Assembly: GCA_043801965.1 (NCBI GenBank)
Contig: JAZDLN010000022.1
Span: 9,989-73,988 of the forward strand
Length of the DNA stretch: 64,000 nucleotides
Reading direction: 5' to 3'
From: Candidatus Falkowbacteria bacterium
GTDB lineage: Bacteria > Patescibacteriota > Patescibacteriia > Patescibacteriales > UBA12075
Positions 25,672 to 34,816 of this stretch are shown piece after piece (within the stretch, counting starts at the first letter, position 1; every line of letters starts with the position of its first letter). The notes under the pieces are model-generated. The model saw only the letters and a list, made by a program, of their open reading frames with translations. It did not search any database and had not been told where the DNA came from. The position numbers and the translations under genes were made by a program.

Positions 25672-26522
25672 GTTAACAGGGCGGCGCCGATCGCGCCGGC
25701 CATCGGGCCTAATTTTGACTTCACAATTTTTATTTTTTTTCTGGCCTCGGCCGAATCAATATATTTCTGCATGGATTTTTTCGTGGCGGAGAGAAAAAGA
25801 TCGCTCGATTCGACGACGCCGCCGCCGATGATTATGACTTCCGGGTCGATCAGGTTGACGATATTGGCGAAAGCGATCCCTAAAAAGCTGCCCACTTCCG
25901 CGAACGTTTTTTCCGCCAGAATATCTCCCCGGTAAGCTTCCTCGGCTAATTGCGCCGGATTATTCTGGGTTAGTTTATGGTAAGCCTCTTCCAGCCTGAC
26001 GCCGTCGCCAAAATCGATGACCGTTTCGCCCGGTTCGCCGCCGCCGCCATGGGCCCCGTTATAAACGCCATTATTAAACCACCAGCCGCCGCCGATGCCG
26101 GTGCCGATGATTATGCCGTAAATATTCTTGAATTTTTTTCCCGCCCCCAAGGTCGCTTCGGCCCGAACGAAACAGCTCGAGTCATTATCCATGACAACCG
26201 GCAATTCCAGGATGCTTTCGAGCCGGGAAACGAGATCGACCCCGTCGATGATCGGGATATTAGGTGAGTGGAGGATTTTTTTTCTTGCCGAATCAGGCAC
26301 GCCGGCCGCGCCCAGCCCGATACTTTCGACTTTTACCTTGATTTCGCGGGCTTTATCCAGTAAAGGATCGACCAGGGCCTTTAACATGATCAGGAAGTGA
26401 TCGATGTTATCCTTGGGTGTGGCCAGGATGCTATCCGCGACGATTTTTTCGCCGTCGAAAAGTATGGCTGCCATTTTAGTGCCGCCGATATCGACGCCTA
26501 TGGAATATTTTTTGTTTGGCAT
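25656..26522 (-). CDS. ROK-family sugar kinase (glucokinase-like)
   Basis: 288 aa. IGVDIGGTKMAA ATP-binding start, GIIIGTGIGGG motif. Confidence 0.9.
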   Translation of the reverse strand: MPNKKYSIGVDIGGTKMAAILFDGEKIVADSILATPKDNIDHFLIMLKALVDPLLDKAREIKVKVESIGLGAAGVPDSARKKILHSPNIPIIDGVDLVSRLESILELPVVMDNDSSCFVRAEATLGAGKKFKNIYGIIIGTGIGGGWWFNNGVYNGAHGGGGEPGETVIDFGDGVRLEEAYHKLTQNNPAQLAEEAYRGDILAEKTFAEVGSFLGIAFANIVNLIDPEVIIIGGGVVESSDLFLSATKKSMQKYIDSAEARKKIKIVKSKLGPMAGAIGAALLTTHNA

Positions 26523-26552
26523 ACAGCGTTTATAAGCAGGATTAATAAATTA

Positions 26553-27551
26553 TCAACGCGATTTAAAAAGTCCGCGGGCCTCATTCCACAACCCCTCGTT
26601 ATTGTTAACAGCCTTCTCCCAATACCACCACTCCACGCCCCAAAGATAAAATTCCCTAAAACCGGCCTGGCGCGAGAATTCTAAGATTTCCCGGAATTTT
26701 TGCAAATTCATGGTCCGATCGCGCTCTTCTTGCGTAGCTAGATGGTACGGAACCGGCGTCCAGGGTTCGGCCTGTAATTCTATCACGATCCATTTTTTTG
26801 GATGGGCGAACAGGCTGGCCAGGTTTTTCTTCAGACGAAAGAAGCCCGGCGATATCGGATAATGGATATATCTTTTGAGGTGCTCCGAATAAGTATCGCG
26901 GTACATAGTGGTGCCGAAAATATCGGCCCGCCTCGCCGCCGGTATCCAGACGGATAATTCGCCTGAATCGCTTACGACTATCGGCCGGTCGTCATATTTT
27001 TTGACGAGCGTTAACTCTCTATCCAAAAAGGATTTGTCGAGTTTCGGACAGTCCCCGAAATGCGACAAGAAGGGTTCGTTTTCCACCTGCCAGGCGACGA
27101 TGATTTCGCGGTCAAGATACCGCAAGATGGTTTTTTCCAGGTAAGAAAGTATCCGCGCCTCGCGTTCGGTTTTCGGCAGGATTTTCGCCCAGGCGGGAAA
27201 ATGACACTCCGGCCACCGCGGTAACCGTCCTCCGACGGCCAAAATCACTTCGGCCCCGGCTTTTTCCGCTTCGTCTATTTGCCAGTCAAGATCGGACCAG
27301 TCATATTGCCCGTCTAAGTTTTCGATTTCGTCCCAATAAGCCGGCAGGCGCAGACGCCGCACTCCCAGATCTCCCAAGATATCACTATATAGTTTTCGCC
27401 AATCTAAACTTAAAGTTAGCGCCTGTTTTTTGGAAAAAGTCACCCCGTATTCTAATTCCGTCCGACCGTAAACGCGGCCCCGGCTTAAAATAAACACGAT
27501 GAACAAAAAAACGACAAGAAAGATAAACATTTTTTTCAATATTCTTAACAT
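26553..27551 (-). CDS. Membrane-anchored clan GH-A (TIM-barrel) glycoside hydrolase-like protein
   Basis: 332 aa. N-terminal TM. WQVENEP (acid/base NEP motif) and IELQAEPW (candidate nucleophile Glu). Confidence 0.55.
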   Translation of the reverse strand: MLRILKKMFIFLVVFLFIVFILSRGRVYGRTELEYGVTFSKKQALTLSLDWRKLYSDILGDLGVRRLRLPAYWDEIENLDGQYDWSDLDWQIDEAEKAGAEVILAVGGRLPRWPECHFPAWAKILPKTEREARILSYLEKTILRYLDREIIVAWQVENEPFLSHFGDCPKLDKSFLDRELTLVKKYDDRPIVVSDSGELSVWIPAARRADIFGTTMYRDTYSEHLKRYIHYPISPGFFRLKKNLASLFAHPKKWIVIELQAEPWTPVPYHLATQEERDRTMNLQKFREILEFSRQAGFREFYLWGVEWWYWEKAVNNNEGLWNEARGLFKSR

Positions 27552-27561
27552 GTTATTTTAT

Positions 27562-28005
27562 CTAAAAGACGCACATCCAGCTGCCTGAAGATCCGTTGCC
27601 GGTCGAGATATCAAAAAAGCATCTGGACACGAAAGAAGCGATCGCGTAAGACATAAGGATTATTATTAATCCGATAACGGCCGCGCCCATTTGTGACTTG
27701 GCTTCGTTGATAGTGCTTTCATTGCCCCGGGAACCCATCCACTTAAAACCGGCCCACAGCATCAAGCCGAAGAATATTATTCCTAAAAACCCAAGAAAGA
27801 CCTTTACGATCAGCGCGACCGTTGTCCAGATGTCGGTGGGAGTGCCGCTGGTTTGTCCGAAAGCGGCCCCGATTTCATCGGAAGTCGCCCCCATTCCCTG
27901 TTGGCTATCCCATAACGATCCGGCCATCGTTCCGGTGGCCGCCATGAAGCCGAGGAAAGATGATATTAAAACGAAAACCAGGATTTTTTTGTTAGCAATT
28001 TTCAT
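27562..28005 (-). CDS. VirB2/TrbC-like pilin paralogue (divergent, Cys-rich C-tail)
   Basis: 147 aa. Signal peptide, AGFKWMGSRGNESTINEAK core between two TM helices. Extended C-terminus ...SRCFFDISTGNGSSGSWMCVF. Confidence 0.65.
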   Translation of the reverse strand: MKIANKKILVFVLISSFLGFMAATGTMAGSLWDSQQGMGATSDEIGAAFGQTSGTPTDIWTTVALIVKVFLGFLGIIFFGLMLWAGFKWMGSRGNESTINEAKSQMGAAVIGLIIILMSYAIASFVSRCFFDISTGNGSSGSWMCVF

Positions 28006-28087
28006 AAAGGATATGTTATAATTGAATTATGAAAAAATACCGCTGATAATATTATTATACCAGAAATTATCCCCAGATTACAATTTT

Positions 28088-29533
28088 ATGCATTTAGCCA
28101 GAAAAATAGCCTACAATACCGTTATCCAGGCCGCCGGTAAAATCGCGGGCACTGTTTTGGGTTTGGTGGCGATCGCCATGATTACCCGTTATCTGGGTCA
28201 GTTCGGTTTCGGCCAATATACCACCATTATAACCCTTCTGTCTTTTTTCGCGATTCTGGCCGATTTGGGACTGACGCTCGTTACCGTGCAGATGATCAGC
28301 CGGCCCGGCATAGACGAGGGCAGGATGCTCGGCAATCTTTTATCCCTGCGGCTGGTATCGGCGGTCGTTCTTCTCGGTTTGGCGCCTCTAAGCGTATTCT
28401 TTTTTCCCTATGATCCGGGAATTAAGGCGGGAGTAGCCGTTACCTCTTTGTCTTTTTTGTTTATCGCCTTGAATCAGGTATTGGTCGGATTATTCCAAAA
28501 ACATCTGCGCATGGATAAAGTATCCATAGCCGAAGTGGCCAGCAGGATTGTTTTGCTTTTTGGAGTGATATTGGTCATACGGCACGATGGCGGGCTTTTC
28601 GGCATTATGCTGGTTACGGTGTTTTCAAGTTTCGTGAATTTCGGCCTGCACTACGTTTTTTCCCGTTCACTGGCCAGAATAAAGCTGGTTTTCGATTTTA
28701 CCGTCTGGAAAGATATAATTGTCCGGTCATGGCCCCTGGCGTTAACCATAGTATTTAACCTTATTTATCTTAAGGCCGATACTTTGCTTCTGTCGCTTAT
28801 TAAAAGGCCGTCTGAAATCGGCATTATCGCTGAAGTCGGTCTTTATGGCGCCGCTTATAAAGTTATCGATGTTCTTATAACATTTCCGTTCATGTTCGCC
28901 GGAATCGTTCTTCCTTTAATGACCGCCCGATGGATGGAAAAGAATTACGACGGATTTGCCGTTATCATGCAGAAATCTTTCGATTTGTTATCCGCTTTGA
29001 CCATCCCGTTCGTGGTTGGGGCGCAATTTTTAGCCCAGGACATAATGGTGTTCGTGGCCGGAAATGATTTCGCTCCTTCCGGCCCGATACTAAAAATACT
29101 TATCGGGGCGGCCGGTTTCATATTTTTAGGAAATATCTTCGCTCATGCCGTCATCGCCATAGACAAGCAAAAAAAAATAATCGGCGCTTACGCCTTTACG
29201 GCTGTTACGGCATTGGCGGGTTATTACCTCTTTATACCGCGTTTTTCTTATTTTGGCGCGGCCTGGATGACTATCTATTCGGAGGCCGCGATAGCCCTTG
29301 CTTCTTTGTACTTGGTACGAAAATATACTGGTTTTTTTCCGGCCTTAGGAAGAACGTTAAAGGCGATGATGGCCGCCGGAATCATGGCGCTTGTCTTGTT
29401 TGTTTTGCGCGTATCAGGATATGATAATTTATTTTTAGCCTTAAGCTTGTCGGTAGTGGTTTATTTCGGATCACTATATGTTTTTAAAGGAATTACCAGA
29501 GAGGAAATATCGGAGCTTTTACGTAAGCAATAA
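28088..29533 (+). CDS. Polysaccharide/oligosaccharide flippase (Wzx/MOP superfamily)
   Basis: About 14 TM helices. N-terminus ARKIAYNTVIQAAGKIAG is typical of Wzx-like flippases. ATG 28088 preferred over TTG 28022. Confidence 0.8.
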   Translation: MHLARKIAYNTVIQAAGKIAGTVLGLVAIAMITRYLGQFGFGQYTTIITLLSFFAILADLGLTLVTVQMISRPGIDEGRMLGNLLSLRLVSAVVLLGLAPLSVFFFPYDPGIKAGVAVTSLSFLFIALNQVLVGLFQKHLRMDKVSIAEVASRIVLLFGVILVIRHDGGLFGIMLVTVFSSFVNFGLHYVFSRSLARIKLVFDFTVWKDIIVRSWPLALTIVFNLIYLKADTLLLSLIKRPSEIGIIAEVGLYGAAYKVIDVLITFPFMFAGIVLPLMTARWMEKNYDGFAVIMQKSFDLLSALTIPFVVGAQFLAQDIMVFVAGNDFAPSGPILKILIGAAGFIFLGNIFAHAVIAIDKQKKIIGAYAFTAVTALAGYYLFIPRFSYFGAAWMTIYSEAAIALASLYLVRKYTGFFPALGRTLKAMMAAGIMALVLFVLRVSGYDNLFLALSLSVVVYFGSLYVFKGITREEISELLRKQ

Positions 29534-29555
29534 AGCATCACCTATTCAAAAGATT

Positions 29556-30698
29556 ATGACAACAAAGAATATCTTAATAATAAATTCCACCCCAGGCTTT
29601 CCGGAGCCGATGGATCTATTCAAAGAACTGGCGAGCGATAATTACGCTTTTAATTTTATGACCGGCAGCCGGCGATTCCTGCGGGCGGCAGGCGAAGAAG
29701 CCCGGATGAAGAAAAAATCCGTTATTTTTCCGCGCGCGGCCAATGGTTTTTTTTCATCCGTGGCGTTTTTGTTTTTTTGGCCATTTTATTTTTTTATTTT
29801 CCTGTTTTTTCTTTTTTTTCTCAAAAGACGAAATAATATACGGGCGGTCGCCTGCTACGGCTGGCCGGAAAAGATCATTGTAACTCCGGCAGCCGCGTTA
29901 TTGCGCCTGAAAATTTTTTGGATAGAACTTCCCGGGGAGTTGAATCTTAAGAGCCGGTTTTCGCGCTGGCTTTTCCGCGCTTGTTCCCGCTTTGCCCGCT
30001 TGGTAGTTTTTTCTGGTTTTACCAAAAACGAATTGGCAGCCGCCGGCGTTAAAGAATCATTGATTTTTTCCGTCGCGCCTGGCCTAAAGATAGAGGGCAC
30101 CGGGGAACAAGACAATATTTTCGACCAACTGGCGGAAACGGAACACAAAAAGACCAAGCGGAAGTTTTTTACGGTCGGCACCGTTTTGGATCTTAACGAA
30201 AAAAAACGACTGGAAACGCTTCTCCAGGCGGCCAGGAGATGCCTGACCGTTATCCCTAACCTGCAGCTTATCGTGATCGGAGACGGAAAAGAACGTAAGG
30301 CCTCCGGTTGGCTTGCTAAAAAAATGGGAATCGACGGTTTGGTCTGGTTCGTGGGGGAACAGAAGCGCTTGCAGAAATGGTTCGATAATTTCGATGTTTT
30401 CGTGAGCGCCAGCGATTATTTGAAATTTTCCGATATCAGGACGGTTCTTAAGGCTTCCGCCGCCGGTCTGCCGGTTATCGGACCATCAGGTATCGGCCTG
30501 GAGGATTTTATCGATTATCACTCCGGCACGTTGTTTAATGAAACCGATGACAGCGAACCGTTGGCGCAAGTCATAATCAGGCTTTATAAAGACAAGTCTC
30601 TGCGTTCTTGTCTAGGGCAGGCCGGACGGGAAAGGGTGATTAAAGATTTTTCCCTGAAAGCGATGGCGAAAAGTTTTGAAGAAGCGATAAATAAATAA
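29556..30698 (+). CDS. GT-B glycosyltransferase (group 1 / GT4)
   Basis: ATG 29556 (MTTKNILIINS) avoids overlap with the flippase. C-terminal lobe has the E..G.P motif region. Confidence 0.8.
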   Translation: MTTKNILIINSTPGFPEPMDLFKELASDNYAFNFMTGSRRFLRAAGEEARMKKKSVIFPRAANGFFSSVAFLFFWPFYFFIFLFFLFFLKRRNNIRAVACYGWPEKIIVTPAAALLRLKIFWIELPGELNLKSRFSRWLFRACSRFARLVVFSGFTKNELAAAGVKESLIFSVAPGLKIEGTGEQDNIFDQLAETEHKKTKRKFFTVGTVLDLNEKKRLETLLQAARRCLTVIPNLQLIVIGDGKERKASGWLAKKMGIDGLVWFVGEQKRLQKWFDNFDVFVSASDYLKFSDIRTVLKASAAGLPVIGPSGIGLEDFIDYHSGTLFNETDDSEPLAQVIIRLYKDKSLRSCLGQAGRERVIKDFSLKAMAKSFEEAINK

Positions 30699-30730
30699 TT
30701 TCCGGCCGAGGCCGGCACAAATTTAATCCT

Positions 30731-31450
30731 ATGTTGAAATATGAATTAATCGACGAAACCGAAGACTATATCGTGGTCAATAAGCCCGCCGGGCTCTTGG
30801 TTCATGGCGCGCCGCATCTTAAGGGGCCGACCCTGGCGGATCAGCTTCTCGCTCTCCGGCCCGAGTTAAAGGAAGTCGGCGAAGACCCGACGCGGCCGGG
30901 AATAATGCATCGTTTGGACAGGTCGGTATCGGGACTATTGGTCGTAGCCCGGACGCAGGAAAGTTTTGCGGATCTGAAAAAACAATTTCAGGAAAGAAGC
31001 GTCAGGAAATATTATACCGCGCTTGTCCATGGGCGCATCGAGAAAGACGGAGACGAGATAAATTTTCCCATAGAAAGAAGCGTCCGCGGACATAAGATGG
31101 CCGCCAAGCCAACCACGGTCAAGGGGGAGAAGAATTCAGCGGGGCGCGAAGCGATTACGGTATTTAAGGTAGTGAAGCCTTATATAAACTATACCCTTCT
31201 TGAGGTCCGGATAAAAACCGGCCGTACTCACCAGATCCGGGCGCATCTGGCGGCTTATGGGCATCCTCTGGTTGGCGACGATCTATACGGAACCAGAAAA
31301 ACCAAGACCAAAAACGCGAAGCTTTCGCTGGACCGGATATTTTTAGTCGCCCATCAGCTTGAATTCACCGACTTGCGCGGAGAGAAAAAATCTTATAAAA
31401 TCGATATACCGGAGGATTTAAAAAATTTCCTCAAAAAGGAGGTAAAATAA
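30731..31450 (+). CDS. RluA-family pseudouridine synthase
   Basis: 239 aa. HRLDRSVSGLLVVA catalytic-Asp motif, GRTHQIRAHL. Confidence 0.9.
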   Translation: MLKYELIDETEDYIVVNKPAGLLVHGAPHLKGPTLADQLLALRPELKEVGEDPTRPGIMHRLDRSVSGLLVVARTQESFADLKKQFQERSVRKYYTALVHGRIEKDGDEINFPIERSVRGHKMAAKPTTVKGEKNSAGREAITVFKVVKPYINYTLLEVRIKTGRTHQIRAHLAAYGHPLVGDDLYGTRKTKTKNAKLSLDRIFLVAHQLEFTDLRGEKKSYKIDIPEDLKNFLKKEVK

Positions 31451-31454
31451 AAAC

Positions 31455-32015
31455 ATGATTATTTCCATTAACGGCCCGGAAGGTTCCGGAAAATCCACTT
31501 TGGCTAAAAAGATAGCGGAAACCTTGGGCTGGCCAAGGTATTATATGGGCGGATTAAGGCGGACGATGGCCAAAGAACGCGGTCTTACCCTGGAAGAATA
31601 CAATAAACTCGGCGAAACCGATCCGACCACTGATAAAGAAGTTGACGATTATCAAAAAGAATTAGGAGAAACGGAAGATAATTTCATTATCGAGGGTCGG
31701 ACTTCCTGGTTTTTTATTCCGAGCTCCCTTAAGCTATATGTCGATGTCAAAGACTCGATCGCGGCCGCCAGAATCTGGAAAGATCTTAAAAAGAACGCTG
31801 ACAAAAGGAATGAGGGTAAAAATCTTAATTCGGTCGCGGACGTTTTAAAAAGCATACGCCGCAGGCAAAAAAGCGACATAGTCCGTTATAAAAAATATTA
31901 CGGAATCGACGTACACGACAAGTCTCATTATGATTTCATAATCGACACCAGTAAATTGAGCGTCGACGAGGCTTTCGCGGAAATATTAAGCTTTATTAAA
32001 AAGACAGAGTATTAA
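31455..32015 (+). CDS. cmk: Cytidylate kinase, short archaeal-type
   Basis: 186 aa. INGPEGSGKST P-loop, EGR, YGID. Its length and layout match the archaeal Cmk type. Confidence 0.8.
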   Translation: MIISINGPEGSGKSTLAKKIAETLGWPRYYMGGLRRTMAKERGLTLEEYNKLGETDPTTDKEVDDYQKELGETEDNFIIEGRTSWFFIPSSLKLYVDVKDSIAAARIWKDLKKNADKRNEGKNLNSVADVLKSIRRRQKSDIVRYKKYYGIDVHDKSHYDFIIDTSKLSVDEAFAEILSFIKKTEY

Positions 32016-32023
32016 AAAAGCAC

Positions 32024-32049
32024 ACAGGATAAATCTATCCTGTTTTTTG
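32024..32049 (+). terminator. Intrinsic terminator
   Basis: acaggat-aaatct-atcctgt hairpin plus T6. Confidence 0.7.
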
Positions 32050-32083
32050 TATAAAAAAAACGGTCCCTGACGGACGCATTGGT

Positions 32084-32251
32084 TTAATTCGGACTGCCCG
32101 ATTTTTTAAAGAAATACGGGCATGTTTTTTTAAATTCATTTATATTTTTAAACATCTCAAAACATCTGTGACAATAAAAATAACCATTGCCCTTCTTAAG
32201 AAAAACACAATAAAAGCAGATTTTTTCTTCCTGATCGTTTTCTTTTCCCAT
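32084..32251 (-). CDS. Candidate small Cys-rich (zinc-ribbon-like) protein, 55 aa, below the ORF-track cutoff
   Basis: Hand translation: MGKENDQEEKICFYCVFLKKGNGYFYCHRCFEMFKNINEFKKTCPYFFKKSGSPN. CxxC...CxxC spacing. No clear SD. Confidence 0.3.
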   Translation of the reverse strand: MGKENDQEEKICFYCVFLKKGNGYFYCHRCFEMFKNINEFKKTCPYFFKKSGSPN

Positions 32252-32334
32252 ACATAAGCTTATCAGGATATAATTAGATTGAGATAAGAAAACGATAAAA
32301 TAAATATAAAAAAAATATAGAGAATCGGTTAATT

Positions 32335-33018
32335 TTAATCGATTTTATGTAATTCGACCTGATCGCCGGTAATTGTTATGTAGGCCGAAGGTTTTTCCAC
32401 CCATGATCCGGTGTTATAGTATTTTATGCCCCGCCTTTCCTCTGAATGTATCTTGTGGGTGTGGCCGCAAAAAACATAATCGGCCATAAGCAGGCGCCCC
32501 AGACGCAGGGCGCCTTTCGCCACCTCTAAAGAACCTCTTTCCCAAACCGTGCTCCTGTTCCTGATAAGGTTAGCCAGAATGCCGTTATAATCGATATTCT
32601 TTATAAAATTATAAAAAACATAAGCGATCTGGCTCGCTATGTAGTTATTATTAAGATAACGGTCGTATTGGTGCCCGTGGATAGCCAGGAATCTTTTGTG
32701 TCCGCATTTCCAAACGTAACGGTTGCGCACCCTCAAACCCAGAAGCCTGGATAAGATATAGTTACTGGCGTCGTGGTTGCCGTGTATCCAGACAACCTCG
32801 CACTTCTTTGATAATCTTTTCAGTTTGGAAAAAATCCCCCAATGCTCCGGCGTCCACCGTTCCAGACGCAAACCGTCCACGATATCACCGTTTAGTATCA
32901 GCTTGCCGTATTCATATTTTCTGAGAACCTCTAATATTTCCCGGCAACGAGCGGTATTGTCCCCCAGGTGAATATCGGAAATGATCAGGCAATCAATTTT
33001 TATTTTAGCTGTATCCAT
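32335..33018 (-). CDS. Calcineurin-like metallophosphoesterase (LpxH-like fold)
   Basis: 227 aa. ISDIHLG, NGDIVD, GNHD and GHTH metal-ligand motifs. Confidence 0.8.
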   Translation of the reverse strand: MDTAKIKIDCLIISDIHLGDNTARCREILEVLRKYEYGKLILNGDIVDGLRLERWTPEHWGIFSKLKRLSKKCEVVWIHGNHDASNYILSRLLGLRVRNRYVWKCGHKRFLAIHGHQYDRYLNNNYIASQIAYVFYNFIKNIDYNGILANLIRNRSTVWERGSLEVAKGALRLGRLLMADYVFCGHTHKIHSEERRGIKYYNTGSWVEKPSAYITITGDQVELHKID

Positions 33019-33019
33019 A

Positions 33020-33700
33020 TTATTTCCACCCTAAAAGCCCGAGATTGCTCTTAAGGATCTTTTTGTTGTTTCTGGCTTCGTGTTCCAGGCGACTGGCACG
33101 CCTATGGGCGGCTAGGTACTTGAGTCCTTCCACCATTAAAGAGCGTTCGTAAAGCTCATGAAGGATTATCGGCAGCCGCTCTTCGCTATAAATATCATTA
33201 TCTATCCAAACCTCGTTTTTTGGAACGAAGCCGTAAACCAGATCGTGGCCGCCTTCGCTGAACTCGATGTTTATGGCATTTCTTACGAGCCTCCCCCTAA
33301 CCACCCACACAGATACGTTATTAGCGGTCTTTTGGAGCAGGCGGACGTGGATCTTTTCAACCGCGGGCTGGCCGTTTTTTTTCAGGGCCGCGGCGTAATC
33401 TTTGGCCTTTCTTCTTTCCGCCGCCTCTTTCTTCTCCGCGATCACTCCCGCGTTCCAATGATTATAGCCCTTTTTCATAAGCTCCCAGTCCGCCAGCAGA
33501 TGGGTAATATAGAATTCTTCTTCATTGAAGTCGGCCTCCCGGTCAAGCCAAAATTCATATTTTGGAATATATGGATAACGGTAGTGGTGGCCGAAGTTAG
33601 TAAATTCGATGTCGATCTTATCCCGGATAGCCGAACCGTCGACCTGCCAAACCGTGATCGAACCGCGAGTGTCAAGTTTTTTCAAATAGAATTTTTTCAT
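33020..33700 (-). CDS. Hypothetical protein with an internal domain duplication
   Basis: Start at MKKFYLKK. Two ~65-aa repeats (ITVWQVDGSAIRDKIDIEFTNFGHH... and VSVWVVRGRLVRNAINIEFSEGGHD...). The second ends in ILHELYER. Confidence 0.6.
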   Translation of the reverse strand: MKKFYLKKLDTRGSITVWQVDGSAIRDKIDIEFTNFGHHYRYPYIPKYEFWLDREADFNEEEFYITHLLADWELMKKGYNHWNAGVIAEKKEAAERRKAKDYAAALKKNGQPAVEKIHVRLLQKTANNVSVWVVRGRLVRNAINIEFSEGGHDLVYGFVPKNEVWIDNDIYSEERLPIILHELYERSLMVEGLKYLAAHRRASRLEHEARNNKKILKSNLGLLGWK

Positions 33701-33778
33701 AATAATATATACACAATATAAATTATATCGCAAAAATAAAAAAATAAAAAGAAGCCATAGGCTTCTTAGCGGTTGTTA

Positions 33779-34084
33779 TTAAGATATGATCTCCTTGACC
33801 ACGAAATATTCAATATCGCTTAAAGCGACAAAGGCGTGTTCGGTGCGTTTGGGGATATGGATCGTAAAAATATGCGACCCGGCGTCGAGGTCGTATTCCG
33901 TGTTTCCGATCATGACCGAGCATGTGCCCCTGTCGATTATTATCCATTCGTCGGCGTCGTGCCTATCGACGGGGACCTCCTCGCCTCTTTTCAGAAAATG
34001 GGCGACGATCACGCGGTTATGTTCTTTTCCCGTGGCGGCTTTAAGTGCGTTTCGGAATTTCCGGTGCCTGGAAAACATAATCAT
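33779..34084 (-). CDS. Cupin-domain protein
   Basis: 101 aa. H..DEW.I...G and H....E.AF beta-barrel pattern. Confidence 0.6.
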   Translation of the reverse strand: MIMFSRHRKFRNALKAATGKEHNRVIVAHFLKRGEEVPVDRHDADEWIIIDRGTCSVMIGNTEYDLDAGSHIFTIHIPKRTEHAFVALSDIEYFVVKEIIS

Positions 34085-34122
34085 CCTCCTTCACGATTCG
34101 AGGGTTGGTTCGGTTTTTTATT

Positions 34123-34740
34123 TTATTTTGAAATTATCTTATCTATGATACCGTATTTTTGCGCCTCTTCCGGGGTCATAAAACGATCACGATCAGTGTC
34201 TTTTTCGATTTGGGATATTTTTTGGCCGGTGTGCTTGGCCAGTAACTTATTCAGACGGTCTTTGACCTGAAGGATGTGCTCGGCGCGGATCTTTATGTCG
34301 GTCGCCTGACCCTCGGCTCCGCCCATTACCTGATGGATCATGACCTCTGAGTTCGGCAAAGCGAATCTTTTTCCTTTGGCGCCGGATGCAAGCAAAGTCG
34401 CTCCCATCGAAGCGGCCATGCCGACGCAGATGGTTGAAACGTCGCTTTTAACGTACTGCATCGTATCATAAATAGCCATCCCGGCCGTAACCGATCCGCC
34501 CGGGCTGTTTATGTAAAATTTTATGTCTTTTTCCTTGTTTTCCGCGTCCAAAAAGAGGAATTGGGCTATAATTATGTTGGCGACATGATCCGATATCTGT
34601 TCGCCTAAAAAAATTATCCGGTCTTTTAAAAGACGAGAGTAGATGTCATACGCCCGTTCGATCTGGCCGGATTTTTCGATGACTGTAGGTATTAAAGGCA
34701 TTTGGTTTAAGTGATCGGATGTTGGGGGCCGTATAAGCAT
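34123..34740 (-). CDS. clpP: ATP-dependent Clp protease proteolytic subunit
   Basis: IPTVIE...[17 protein letters not shown] and GMAASMGA (catalytic Ser). Start is ambiguous between GTG 34755, ATG 34740 and ATG 34701. Confidence 0.9.
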   Translation of the reverse strand: MLIRPPTSDHLNQMPLIPTVIEKSGQIERAYDIYSRLLKDRIIFLGEQISDHVANIIIAQFLFLDAENKEKDIKFYINSPGGSVTAGMAIYDTMQYVKSDVSTICVGMAASMGATLLASGAKGKRFALPNSEVMIHQVMGGAEGQATDIKIRAEHILQVKDRLNKLLAKHTGQKISQIEKDTDRDRFMTPEEAQKYGIIDKIISK

Positions 34741-34816
34741 ACTTTCCCCAAACACCGATCGGCTAGATGATTAATTTTTTATATAGTATTAAATAAAAGT
34801 TAAAAAGGCATTAATT

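Noticed and set aside
25630-25935. Plus-strand ORFs beginning MRYALCVMRYALC.
   Set aside because: They are artefacts of translating the ATGCGTT heptamer repeat, and they overlap the well-supported ROK kinase gene on the opposite strand.
32335-33018. An LpxH-like protein could suggest lipid A biosynthesis.
   Set aside because: Only the generic calcineurin-like metallophosphoesterase motifs are present. No other lpx genes are nearby, so it is called only as a metallophosphoesterase.
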